A stretch of 64,000 bases of DNA. It comes from Clostridiaceae bacterium (GTDB lineage: Bacteria > Bacillota > Clostridia > Saccharofermentanales > Saccharofermentanaceae). Position 1 is the first letter of the stretch; each line of letters opens with the position of its first letter. Positions 1-8,679 of the stretch are shown here, piece after piece. The notes beneath the pieces were generated by a model. It made no database searches and was not told where the DNA came from. It saw only the letters and a list, made by a program, of their open reading frames with translations. The translations under genes were made by a program, and so were the position numbers. The DNA lies in NCBI GenBank assembly GCA_012728275.1, contig JAAYFK010000049.1, positions 77,163 through 141,162 on the forward strand. The letters run 5' to 3'.

Positions 1-1012
1 CTTGTTGTTGCTCTTTTTGCAAAAACGAAGGAACTACCATGCTCTTCTTCTCCATAAGTGGCGGATTCAAAGGTGTGGAAGTATAACCAAAATCAGCATT
101 AGAAGCATCATTACTCTCATCTACTAAGACAGCATTCTCTCCGTAATGCAAAGTTCTCTGAGCATCCTTCTCATCAATCAGGTTGATATTTGATGCTTTA
201 GAAACATTAGAGACATCTATGAAACCTGTCTTCTTATCAATAGGGAGCTTAACTGATCTAGAATCATACTCAACATCAAATATTGGTACAACTCCTTGAG
301 ACGTTGGACTTGAAACAAATGGCGAGTCGCTTCCAGTTTGAAACTGAGAAGTCGGAGAATACGGGCTTTGAGATTGACGATATTGATTTACTCGTCTATA
401 AGCAGAGGAAGTCGCCTTGCTAATGGCCTTAGCAGTATTTACAGCTGTCTTTTTAACTGAAATATGAGAAACCATAATTATTTGAACAATAAGGAATGTG
501 ATAAGCGCACATATTGAGACAGTTTTGCCAGCTATTGTAACAAGTGAAAGCGCAATTACTCCGCCTAGTACTCCGCCCGGTATTACAAAAGACGAATTAG
601 TGGCATCGGTGATGACCTTCGAGTCAATCCCGGATTTCCAAAGTAGCGTTATCGCCTTTAAAGCACTAGCTTTGCCTGTCGCATCATCTATACAAAGAGA
701 ACGCAAGTAATCAAAATCAACAGTAAATACCGCAAGCAAAGAAGCAACACAAAGCATGAGAATGACTATAGAGCGAACTCGAAAAGGAGCAACACCATTT
801 CTCTTTTCGAAAAAGAAATCAATGGACGCATAAAATACGAATATCGGAATAGCAAATGCGGCACTTCCTATGAGACCAAAACCGACAGAACGAAGTATCT
901 GCCCAACAATACCAGTGATTGTTTGTGGCAGATAATACATTAATGTAAGGGCTACCGAACAGAAAAATAGAACTAATCCAGTAGCTTCCTTTCTTCCATC
1001 AAATGTCCCCAA
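1..1012 (-). CDS. ftsK: Probable FtsK/SpoIIIE DNA translocase, N-terminal membrane part (runs off the window start; absent from the ORF track)
   Basis: AGGAGG RBS inside the nudF 3' end, 7-nt spacer, then TTG at 1012. The frame is open in the stretches I translated, including the window edge: MGTFDGRKEATGLVLFFCSVAL... There are several hydrophobic helices, a GGVLGGVIALSL motif typical of the FtsK 4TM region, then a polar linker. The motor domain is outside the window. Confidence 0.6.
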   Translation of the reverse strand, partial: MGTFDGRKEATGLVLFFCSVALTLMYYLPQTITGIVGQILRSVGFGLIGSAAFAIPIFVFYASIDFFFEKRNGVAPFRVRSIVILMLCVASLLAVFTVDFDYLRSLCIDDATGKASALKAITLLWKSGIDSKVITDATNSSFVIPGGVLGGVIALSLVTIAGKTVSICALITFLIVQIIMVSHISVKKTAVNTAKAISKATSSAYRRVNQYRQSQSPYSPTSQFQTGSDSPFVSSPTSQGVVPIFDVEYDSRSVKLPIDKKTGFIDVSNVSKASNINLIDEKDAQRTLHYGENAVLVDESNDASNADFGYTSTPLNPPLMEKKSMVVPSFLQKEQQQ

Positions 1013-1574
1013 GGTCAAACCTCCTCTTTGCCTTCAATATGCAAGAAATAGATTTGCCATCCACGATAACACCATCATCAACAGCCTTTACAAGGTCCTC
1101 AAGACTAATCTTCTCGACATTGAGATACTCGTCTTTATCTAGATTATTACCTACGAACTCAAGACCTGTTGCCATATACATGTATATGACCTCAGACGTA
1201 TATCCAGGAGACGCATACGCTTTTCCTAGAGGAATTATTTTTGATGCTTTAAAACCAGTCTCTTCTTGAAGTTCTCTGGAAGCGCACTCATAAGGATCCT
1301 CATCCTTCTCAAGTTTACCTGCTGGCACTTCAAGAACTACACGTTCAAAAGGACTTCTGAATTGTCTTACTAGATATGTATTCTTATCATTGTCTATAGC
1401 AAGGATACAGGCACCACCGTTGTGCTCAACTATCTCACGAACTCCTCTACTTCCATCTGGAAGAATGATTTCTTTAACCTTGCATGTGATTATTTTGCCC
1501 TCGTAGACAGTATTAGTAGAAACCGTCTTTTCAATAAGAGCATACTCGCAACTTGTAACAACATCTGTTTCCAT
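999..1574 (-). CDS. nudF: NUDIX hydrolase, ADP-ribose pyrophosphatase
   Basis: Nudix box GKLEKDEDPYECASRELQEETG; REIVEHNGG and YASPGYTSE motifs of the ADPRase subfamily. Confidence 0.88.
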   Translation of the reverse strand: METDVVTSCEYALIEKTVSTNTVYEGKIITCKVKEIILPDGSRGVREIVEHNGGACILAIDNDKNTYLVRQFRSPFERVVLEVPAGKLEKDEDPYECASRELQEETGFKASKIIPLGKAYASPGYTSEVIYMYMATGLEFVGNNLDKDEYLNVEKISLEDLVKAVDDGVIVDGKSISCILKAKRRFDLGDI

Positions 1575-1576
1575 GA

Positions 1577-2038
1577 TTATTTTTCCTTAGTTATTTGTTT
1601 TGAAGCCATAACAGCTAGTTCATCACATCTATTATTATAGACATTATCAGCATGACCCTTAACTTTTATAAATTCTATCTCATGCTTTTCGACTTGAACA
1701 AGAAGTCTCATCCAAAGATCTTTGTTGGCAACATCTGCTTTAGCTTTATTCTTCCAACCATTCCGCTTCCAACCTTCTATCCAATGCTGTTCGAATGCAT
1801 TAATTACATAAGCACTGTCACTATAAAGTTTAACATTACAAGGACGATTTAACGCCTCTAAAGCGAAAATAATGGCACAAAGTTCCATGCGGTTATTTGT
1901 TGTCATAGCTTCTGAACCAGACAACTCCTTTGTCTTTCCACATGACATCAAGACAGCTCCCCAACCACCAGGACCAGGATTGCCTGAACAAGCTCCATCA
2001 GTATAGATTTCAACTTTCGTCATACTTGCTTGCGTCAT
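1577..2038 (-). CDS. rnhA: Ribonuclease HI
   Basis: YTDGACSGNPGPGGWG, TNNRMEL, YSDSAY, VKGHADNVYNNRCDELA. Confidence 0.96.
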   Translation of the reverse strand: MTQASMTKVEIYTDGACSGNPGPGGWGAVLMSCGKTKELSGSEAMTTNNRMELCAIIFALEALNRPCNVKLYSDSAYVINAFEQHWIEGWKRNGWKNKAKADVANKDLWMRLLVQVEKHEIEFIKVKGHADNVYNNRCDELAVMASKQITKEK

Positions 2039-2065
2039 TTGATTCCTTCCGATTGATTGATAATA

Positions 2066-2869
2066 TTACTTTCCGTTAGCCAATTGCTTAGTCTTATCCG
2101 AAGCAGCGATAACTGACTTAATAACAGCATTACGTAATCCATACTCTTCCAAAGCCATAACGCCCGCAATAGTAGTCCCACTAGGTGAACATACTTGATC
2201 TTTTAGCACTGCTGGATGCTGCTTAGTATCAAGAACAAGTTTTCCAGAACCCATAACTGTAGCTGCCGCTATCTTTAAAGCATCATCTCTCTTAATTCCA
2301 AGACTAACAGCTGCATCAGCCATAGCCTCAATAAAGAGCATCACATATGCAGGTCCAGTGCCAGATACACATCCGATTGCGTCCAAGGTCTTCTCATCAC
2401 AATGAACAACTTCCCCACAAGTAGAAAGAAGCTTAACAACAAAATCAGTCTGATCCTTATCAAGACTAACAGGACAAACAGCACTTACGCCACATCCAAC
2501 TTGTGCTGGAGTATTAGGCATTATTCTTACATACTTCTTATCAGAACCAATAATACTCTCTATTCGTTCACACTTAACTGCCGCAGCAATAGAAAGGATA
2601 ATGCAAGATTCTGATAAACCCGGCACAATAGAAGTCAAAGTATCATCAAAATGCTGTGGCTTAATAGCTAATAGGCAATAATCAGCATCCTTTACGGCTT
2701 CGACAGCCTTTGTACATCCGTTTACACCATATTCGTCACATACAGCCTTAACTGCATCTTCTCGTACATCACAAACAGTAATATCTTTTGGAGCTAAAAC
2801 TCCTCCAATAATAAATCCTCTCAAGAGGGCCTTACCCATATTTCCAGTACCAATAATTGCTAATTTCAT
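2066..2869 (-). CDS. proC: Pyrroline-5-carboxylate reductase
   Basis: GTGNMG Rossmann motif, RIMPNTP, VSGTGPAY, VCSPSGTTI. Confidence 0.96.
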   Translation of the reverse strand: MKLAIIGTGNMGKALLRGFIIGGVLAPKDITVCDVREDAVKAVCDEYGVNGCTKAVEAVKDADYCLLAIKPQHFDDTLTSIVPGLSESCIILSIAAAVKCERIESIIGSDKKYVRIMPNTPAQVGCGVSAVCPVSLDKDQTDFVVKLLSTCGEVVHCDEKTLDAIGCVSGTGPAYVMLFIEAMADAAVSLGIKRDDALKIAAATVMGSGKLVLDTKQHPAVLKDQVCSPSGTTIAGVMALEEYGLRNAVIKSVIAASDKTKQLANGK

Positions 2870-2924
2870 ACTTGTTCACCTCTATATATAATAATAATAA
2901 AGCAAAATTATCATAACATTCTAC

Positions 2925-2953
2925 TTGACATGATGCAAACGGTCGGATAAACT
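2925..2953 (+). promoter_or_regulatory. Sigma-A promoter of tRNA-Trp
   Basis: TTGACA-N17-TAAACT ending 15 nt before the tRNA. Confidence 0.75.
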
Positions 2954-2968
2954 AACTTTTGTTGTCAA

Positions 2969-3043
2969 AGGGGAGTGGCTCAACGGTAGAGCAGCGGTCT
3001 CCAAAACCGCTGGTTGCAGGTTCGAATCCTGTCTCCCCTGCCA
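2969..3043 (+). tRNA. tRNA-Trp(CCA)
   Basis: Cloverleaf AGGGGAG/CTCCCCT acceptor stem, anticodon arm GCGGT-CTCCAAA-ACCGC, GGTTCGAATCC T-arm, encoded CCA. Confidence 0.97.
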
Positions 3044-3046
3044 ATC

Positions 3047-3083
3047 AAAAGTCCCGTAGCTATAAGGCTTCGGGACTTTTTTT
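3047..3083 (+). terminator. Intrinsic terminator after tRNA-Trp (possibly bidirectional)
   Basis: AAAA-GTCCCG...CGGGAC-T7. Confidence 0.75.
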
Positions 3084-3089
3084 CTACAA

Positions 3090-3730
3090 ATGATTAGTTG
3101 CCGAATAATTCATAAGTAACGTCGATAAAACGGATTGGCAAATTCTTAGTCTTACTATAAACACGTCCGACTTTCACTGCTCCAAATTCATCTTTTTCAT
3201 TATAGATTAGCCCGAGTCTCTTGATAGCTCAAATATAGCTCTATTATGGTTCAATTACTATTTGATCTGTATCATTTTAGTATCTGTTTTAATTTAATTA
3301 GTATCAGCCAGTGATTAACTACTTACAACCTGATTATTCGGAGAATGGATAAAATACTCTTGGAAATTTACTGTAGAAATTTTTATATTCACTAAACTCT
3401 ATCTGATTGTACAGTTTGCCTAATGACGAGTCGCTAAAGCAGCGATACATTAAGTATCACTATCTACGAGAAGAAATCAGCCATAGAATTAATGTCCTTC
3501 ATAACGATTTATATAATAGATAAGGTGAAAATGAACTAGGAGCTATTCACGATACAACGTAGAGTGCTTGCTTTCTTCTAGTTTATTCAAAGTAGAACTA
3601 GAAGTTGAACGGTAATCATTTTATATTAGTTTCTCTTCGATATCTCTGGATATTGGGCCAACAACTTCATTAGTTGCCACTTCCTAGCGCTTTCTAATTC
3701 CGCTTAGGAAATGTTTAGTTACCTCAAAGC
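3090..3730 (-). pseudogene. Fragmented coding remnants of unknown origin
   Basis: Protein-like minus-strand fragments interrupted by stops, e.g. AIKRLGLIYNEKDEFGAVKVGRVYSKTKNLPIRFIDVTYELFGN*, MYRCFSDSSLGKLYNQIEFSEYKNFYSKFPRVFYPFSE*, SFEVTKHFLSGIRKR*EVATNEVVGPISRDIEEKLI*. Confidence 0.35.
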
Positions 3731-3860
3731 TAGATTATGAACATTATGATATCCGCTTCATATTATGAATTCATTAATTTTGAACACTTACAAAACAAAT
3801 TATAAACTACTTCTAAGCAAACTTCACATCAAACATCAGAATAAGCAATCACGAAATGAA

Positions 3861-3883
3861 CCCACTGTTCTAATAACAGTGGG
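3861..3883 (-). terminator. Hairpin downstream of AraC gene
   Basis: CCCACTGTT-N5-AACAGTGGG perfect 9-bp stem, 15 nt past the stop codon; weak U-tract. Confidence 0.55.
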
Positions 3884-3898
3884 CCTTTCTATTCAATG

Positions 3899-4801
3899 TT
3901 ACTTCTCCGTTACGGGAATCATCTCAATATAGCCACGCCAGCCTTCAGGCCTTAACTGCATCTTAGGTGCAATAGTTGGCGCATATTGGTATCCATAAAC
4001 TTCAGGATTGAATTTTTGGATACGATCCATGCAAATGTTGACTGCCTCCAGAAAATTATTATCATCATATGATTCACCTTGAAATACAAGATACTTACAA
4101 GGTTCAAGGTCAATCACATCAAAACCTTCAGGGATTTCACCATCATATTCAGCGGCGACTTCTACACCATGAGCATAAACTCCTGTCCCGTCAGGACGCA
4201 TATTGTCAGGCAACCAAAGTCCTACTGGCTCGTAAAGAGCCTCCTTCATTTGTGTAAGCACATCCCAAGCACACGAATCGTCACCTTCCCCACAACCGGT
4301 TTCCTCACAGTAATCAAAATAATTCTCGGCCTTTTTTCCTCGTAACAGTATAAGCTTCCGGGCAGGACGTTCAATGATTTGGGTAAAAATCACATAAGTT
4401 TGATCCATATTTGAATCCTCCATTCTAATATTTGAGCGTTCAAGATATCGATAAGGAATGAGCCAACCATAAGGCTTAGGATAATCGGAATACTTCTTGG
4501 GATTAATACCAAATGCTTTTGAAAATGCACGAGTGAAGCCTTCATGGCTGTCAAAAACATAATCGAGTGCTACATCCATTATTTTCTTATTGTAATTTCG
4601 TAGCAGATGGGCAGATTGCAATAGTCGTTCCCGTCGAATGTACTCAAATGGGGACATTCCAGTCTTCTCTTTGAATACCCGAGCAGCGTGATATTGGGAA
4701 TAACCAGCAGCATTCGCCACATCTTTCGCTGTTATGTCTTCATGCAGATTCGTGAGAATATATTCTGTCATCCTTTGTATAGCTACTTCTGTTTCCTTCA
4801 T
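3899..4801 (-). CDS. AraC-family transcriptional regulator with C-terminal GyrI-like effector domain
   Basis: N-terminal double HTH (AGYSQYHAARVFK...YIRRERL...FDSHEGFTRAFSK); C-terminal effector region (VEVAAEYDGEIPEGFDVIDLEPCKYLVF); AGGAGA RBS before ATG 4801. Confidence 0.9.
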   Translation of the reverse strand: MKETEVAIQRMTEYILTNLHEDITAKDVANAAGYSQYHAARVFKEKTGMSPFEYIRRERLLQSAHLLRNYNKKIMDVALDYVFDSHEGFTRAFSKAFGINPKKYSDYPKPYGWLIPYRYLERSNIRMEDSNMDQTYVIFTQIIERPARKLILLRGKKAENYFDYCEETGCGEGDDSCAWDVLTQMKEALYEPVGLWLPDNMRPDGTGVYAHGVEVAAEYDGEIPEGFDVIDLEPCKYLVFQGESYDDNNFLEAVNICMDRIQKFNPEVYGYQYAPTIAPKMQLRPEGWRGYIEMIPVTEK

Positions 4802-5224
4802 CAAAATCTCTCCTTCTCGAAGTCTATATTAAGAAAAATCAGCCTTGATTTCTTGACTTCAAATGCGAATATATAGGCTAATACATAAACTATTATCTAG
4901 CGAATACAGCATATCGTGCGAATTAACGGTGATGATAATCAAATCACTAAAGCAAAATTGCATTTGGTGCTATATTCAGGCTTAACGTCAAATACTCAGT
5001 TCTCTTAACGGTATAATTTATTGCATAATGAATCGACATCACTATTAACATTGACGTTGATTGAATAAGTCTTAGTTACCTGTTTCATTAGACTTCAGCC
5101 TAAGATAGGTCATAGCAGGTTCAAATCTTTTCTCCCCTGTCAAGAATCTAACAGTAATCTCTTTACTTTATTAAGATGATAATCATATTCAAAGACTAGT
5201 ATTAAATCTAGTCGAATTGAGTAT

Positions 5225-5956
5225 TCAAATTAAGAAACCGCCATTGACCCCAAGAATCTGTCCCGTCACAAAACTTGACTCATCTGTAGCCAAAAAGTGG
5301 ACCGCTTTTGCTATATCTAGAGGTTCACCCAAACGCTCCAAAGGCGTTTCTTGCGCAAGGCTTTCTTTGTCTTTTTCGCTATAGACGTTAAGCATATCAG
5401 TATTTACTACTCCTGGAGAGACTGCATTCACTCGAATACTTGAAGGTCCTAATTCTTTAGCAAGCGATTTAACATAAGCATCTATTGCTCCCTTTGATGC
5501 CGAGTACAAAGACTCATATGATGAACCTGTTTGACCCCACATAGAAGATATTGCGACTATACTGCCTTTTTTTCTATGCACCATATTAGGAACTACTTCT
5601 TGAGTTAAAAAGAATAAACTTCCAAAATTAGTATCTAATACTCTCCTATACTCTTCATATGTGTAATCAGAACACAGACCCGAAATAGATACCCCACAAT
5701 TAGAAACTAATATGTCTATATCTCCATTCATAGAAATAGCTTGTCTTACTCCCTCAGTTACTTCTTCCTTGATGGAGCAATCACAAATTATTGGAAGTAA
5801 TCTATCTCTAATTCCTATGTCAAATCTCTCAAGTATGTCTTTCGGATCTATTCTACTTTGATAGAAAAAAGTCACGTTATAGTTTTTCTTTGCAAAAAAG
5901 GAAACAATACTTGCTCCTATACCTCTAGATCCACCTGAAACTAATACGTGCGACAT
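5225..5956 (-). CDS. Short-chain dehydrogenase/reductase, FabG/YmfI-like
   Basis: SGGSRGIG, YSASKG catalytic motif, VNAVSPG, VTGQILGVNGG. Confidence 0.9.
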   Translation of the reverse strand: MSHVLVSGGSRGIGASIVSFFAKKNYNVTFFYQSRIDPKDILERFDIGIRDRLLPIICDCSIKEEVTEGVRQAISMNGDIDILVSNCGVSISGLCSDYTYEEYRRVLDTNFGSLFFLTQEVVPNMVHRKKGSIVAISSMWGQTGSSYESLYSASKGAIDAYVKSLAKELGPSSIRVNAVSPGVVNTDMLNVYSEKDKESLAQETPLERLGEPLDIAKAVHFLATDESSFVTGQILGVNGGFLI

Positions 5957-5980
5957 ATACTCTCTCCCGTTTCTATATAC

Positions 5981-6718
5981 TTAGCCCATCGTCGCCGAAG
6001 GCTCCGTAGTTGCAATTACAGGTCCCAATGCAGTCGTCGTTTCTGAAGACTCTTGAGGAGCAGTCTCACTGCCTTCCGTTGTAGTAGGTACATTCTCTTG
6101 AACTGGGAATGCAGCATTCAAAGGGAAGTAAGGTAAAATTCCAACATATTCTTCCTCAATAGATACTTTCGAAAATATTCCAGTCGAATCCACCAAAGGT
6201 TTCGACTTATAAGGAATTGTAACAGCTAAATAACTTACTCCAAGAATTGCAACCAGAACAATAATTAGTTGGAATAACAGCAAAGGAGTTATTGGAAGTA
6301 CATCAGTAAACTTAGATATGCTGCTTATTGCCTTTGGCTTCTTAGTATCAGTTGAAATGAACTCAGCTACCTTGAAGCCGGTAGAATCAATTTTTGATAC
6401 AATCTTCTCGTGCATAAAATTACGAGTATACTCATCAAGATTTCTCTCAGAATAAGTCGTGATATTCTCTGGAAGCGGGTACCTCTCAATAATGTCTTTG
6501 GCATTACTCAGCAAAATATCTCCAAAAACATAAAGAACATCTTCACCCTTGATTCCAGCTCTTTGCTGATAAACATCCAAGTATGATTTAACTATCGCTT
6601 GTTCAGCCCTAGTCGTTTCCTTAGTCATCTGATATACAGATGAAAATACCATCTCACACGTCGAAAAATAGAAATTCTCTATGTTCTCTCTTGTTAGTTT
6701 CTCATTCCACATTTCCAT
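5981..6718 (-). CDS. Single-pass membrane protein with an N-terminal segment resembling sigma-70 region 2
   Basis: One hydrophobic helix (LLLFQLIIVLVAILGVSYLAVTI) and a Thr/Glu-rich C-tail. N-terminal FYFSTCEMVFSSVY...RAEQAIVKSYLDVY...VFGDILLSNAKDII follows ECF region-2 spacing (by eye). Confidence 0.6.
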   Translation of the reverse strand: MEMWNEKLTRENIENFYFSTCEMVFSSVYQMTKETTRAEQAIVKSYLDVYQQRAGIKGEDVLYVFGDILLSNAKDIIERYPLPENITTYSERNLDEYTRNFMHEKIVSKIDSTGFKVAEFISTDTKKPKAISSISKFTDVLPITPLLLFQLIIVLVAILGVSYLAVTIPYKSKPLVDSTGIFSKVSIEEEYVGILPYFPLNAAFPVQENVPTTTEGSETAPQESSETTTALGPVIATTEPSATMG

Positions 6719-6720
6719 GC

Positions 6721-8679
6721 TTAATTACCTCCAAACTCATCATTTACAGGTGAAGCTGTAATCTGCGTTTGATCATAAGTGCTAGAATTCTGATCGTTTA
6801 CAGGAGATGCATTCTTAGAGGAACGCTTTATCTCATCAGCTGTATTAGAAGCCTTCGAAAGTGGATAAATTAAAGCGGCTATGCTAAGTAGTACTAAACC
6901 TATACCAAAGACAATTCTTATATTATCGATAGCAAATGCTAAAGTAAAAACTGGAATAGCACTCAAGATACCAGTAAAGAATGTCATTTCTGCTGCTTTT
7001 CGAAGATTACAACGAATCCTATTTTGTGAAAGTTTCGCCAGAACATATAGATACGAAAAGTCATGAATTCCTAGAGCAACTCCTAACAATACTACAGTGA
7101 TTACTAAAATCTTGGCTGTAGGAATGACTGCAAATAAAGCAAATCCAAGAATAGTGGACGCTGAAGAAATCAAAACACGAATCTTAGACGTAAGTATCCC
7201 ATCGATTTGCTTCTTCAGAATCGAAGTAATAAATAAAGCTGAGAAAGCACATGCAAGATAATAGAAAGAAGTAGTTGCTAAAGATATTCCAACAGTTTCC
7301 AGAAAATTTGGAACAAATCCAATTAGGAATGCAAAGATAACACCTAATACGAAGAATGTAGACATCATTAGTTTGCCAGTATACTTGTTCTGCAAGGTCT
7401 CAAGCCAAGCGTTCAATGGTAAGTATGATTCACGAGCGGAAATATTGCCCTTCATAAAAAACATTATTCCCAGTGCAGTAAACACTATAATTGCGCCGCT
7501 AATCAAAGCAACAGAAAAAATTCCAAATCTCTCATAGCAAATACCTGCTATTACAGCACCAACAGAAGAACCCAAGAAATACTCCACCGCTTGGTTGTTA
7601 TGAATAGTTCTGTCATCAAAGCCTTTGTAACCGAGCTTTCCAGCATTAATTCTGTAATCGCGTAAAGAATCAAACACCATGCCACAACAAAAACCTATGG
7701 GTAGAACAACTCCAGCATAAACAAAGGGATTGTTAACGAGCCCAACAACTAGAGATAAGAAATAGCCAATAATAGTAACTGAAATTAAAGCAACATTAAC
7801 AGTTAATTTCTCCTTAAGCATTTTTCTAATACCAGTGAACCCGAAGAAACCACAACCAAATAGTAATATTGCAACTCCAATAATGACATTTACAACTATT
7901 CCATTAATTCCTTCCAATGACTCCTTGAAAAATATCGATAATACTATAGGTTGCATAACAACTCCAAGAGAAGCAAAGAAAGATATTACCGAGGAAGCAT
8001 TCTGACCATAGACAATAAGCAAAGGCATGTTGGATGAAGCGCCCTTTGACGCTGCAGATATTAACAGATTGAATTCAAACATAATGACAGCTGTAGATAC
8101 TGCAATTGAGAAAATTGTAAATATCCAAGAAAGAGACATACCATTTACAGTTGATCTAAAGTCAGCTTCCGGCATTCTTACTTCTAGTATTCCAGCAACA
8201 GTATTCTCAGAAGATAGAATTGGAGCGATAGCGCAAACATAAGAAACGTCCTTCTCTGTTCTAGTAGTAAGAATACACATTTGCTGATCGTAGCATTCGA
8301 CATACTCATCTCCTGCACCTGGCAAAGTATACTGATCGACTGAATCGTCTCCAGAGGAAGTGTATAATCTTAAGAACGAATTCCCTGCTTTTGTATAGAT
8401 ATCAAAAGTATAGTTTTTCCCATTAGCATACTCATATTGAGGCAACGGAAATGTCATGTCCTCGCTAATTGTCGTATGACTCAAGGCCGTTGAGCAAGAA
8501 ACCGCCATTGATTTCATTGCATCCCCTCGCTCTGATTCCAAAGTAACCGAATATGTCTTAGTTAATGTAGAAGACATTACATACAAGACGACCAAAACGA
8601 TAACAAAACAATATCCTATAGTTGCGGCAATAGTCTTACGTTCCTGCATTTTACGTATCTCAGAAGAATTTCTACTCAT
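6721..8679 (-). CDS. MFS transporter fused to an N-terminal TM-extracytoplasmic (Cache-like)-TM module
   Basis: Many hydrophobic helices in the C-terminal ~440 aa with the MFS-like GAVIAGICYERFG motif; N-terminal soluble loop ending YVCAIAPILSSENTVAGILEVRM. Confidence 0.7.
   Translation of the reverse strand: MSRNSSEIRKMQERKTIAATIGYCFVIVLVVLYVMSSTLTKTYSVTLESERGDAMKSMAVSCSTALSHTTISEDMTFPLPQYEYANGKNYTFDIYTKAGNSFLRLYTSSGDDSVDQYTLPGAGDEYVECYDQQMCILTTRTEKDVSYVCAIAPILSSENTVAGILEVRMPEADFRSTVNGMSLSWIFTIFSIAVSTAVIMFEFNLLISAASKGASSNMPLLIVYGQNASSVISFFASLGVVMQPIVLSIFFKESLEGINGIVVNVIIGVAILLFGCGFFGFTGIRKMLKEKLTVNVALISVTIIGYFLSLVVGLVNNPFVYAGVVLPIGFCCGMVFDSLRDYRINAGKLGYKGFDDRTIHNNQAVEYFLGSSVGAVIAGICYERFGIFSVALISGAIIVFTALGIMFFMKGNISARESYLPLNAWLETLQNKYTGKLMMSTFFVLGVIFAFLIGFVPNFLETVGISLATTSFYYLACAFSALFITSILKKQIDGILTSKIRVLISSASTILGFALFAVIPTAKILVITVVLLGVALGIHDFSYLYVLAKLSQNRIRCNLRKAAEMTFFTGILSAIPVFTLAFAIDNIRIVFGIGLVLLSIAALIYPLSKASNTADEIKRSSKNASPVNDQNSSTYDQTQITASPVNDEFGGN

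Larger units (their letters stand above)
3044..5144. mobile_element. Decayed genomic islet at tRNA-Trp
   Basis: A degenerate direct repeat of the tRNA 3' end (3016-3044 GCAGGTTCGAATCCTGTCTCCCCTGCCAA vs 5115-5144 GCAGGTTCAAATCTTTTTCTCCCCTGTCAA) brackets an AraC gene and broken ORF fragments. No integrase remains. Confidence 0.55.

Noticed and set aside
4860-5110. Short repeated TTAACG(G/T) words in the AT-rich spacer
   Set aside because: Only 6-7 bp with irregular spacing; expected by chance
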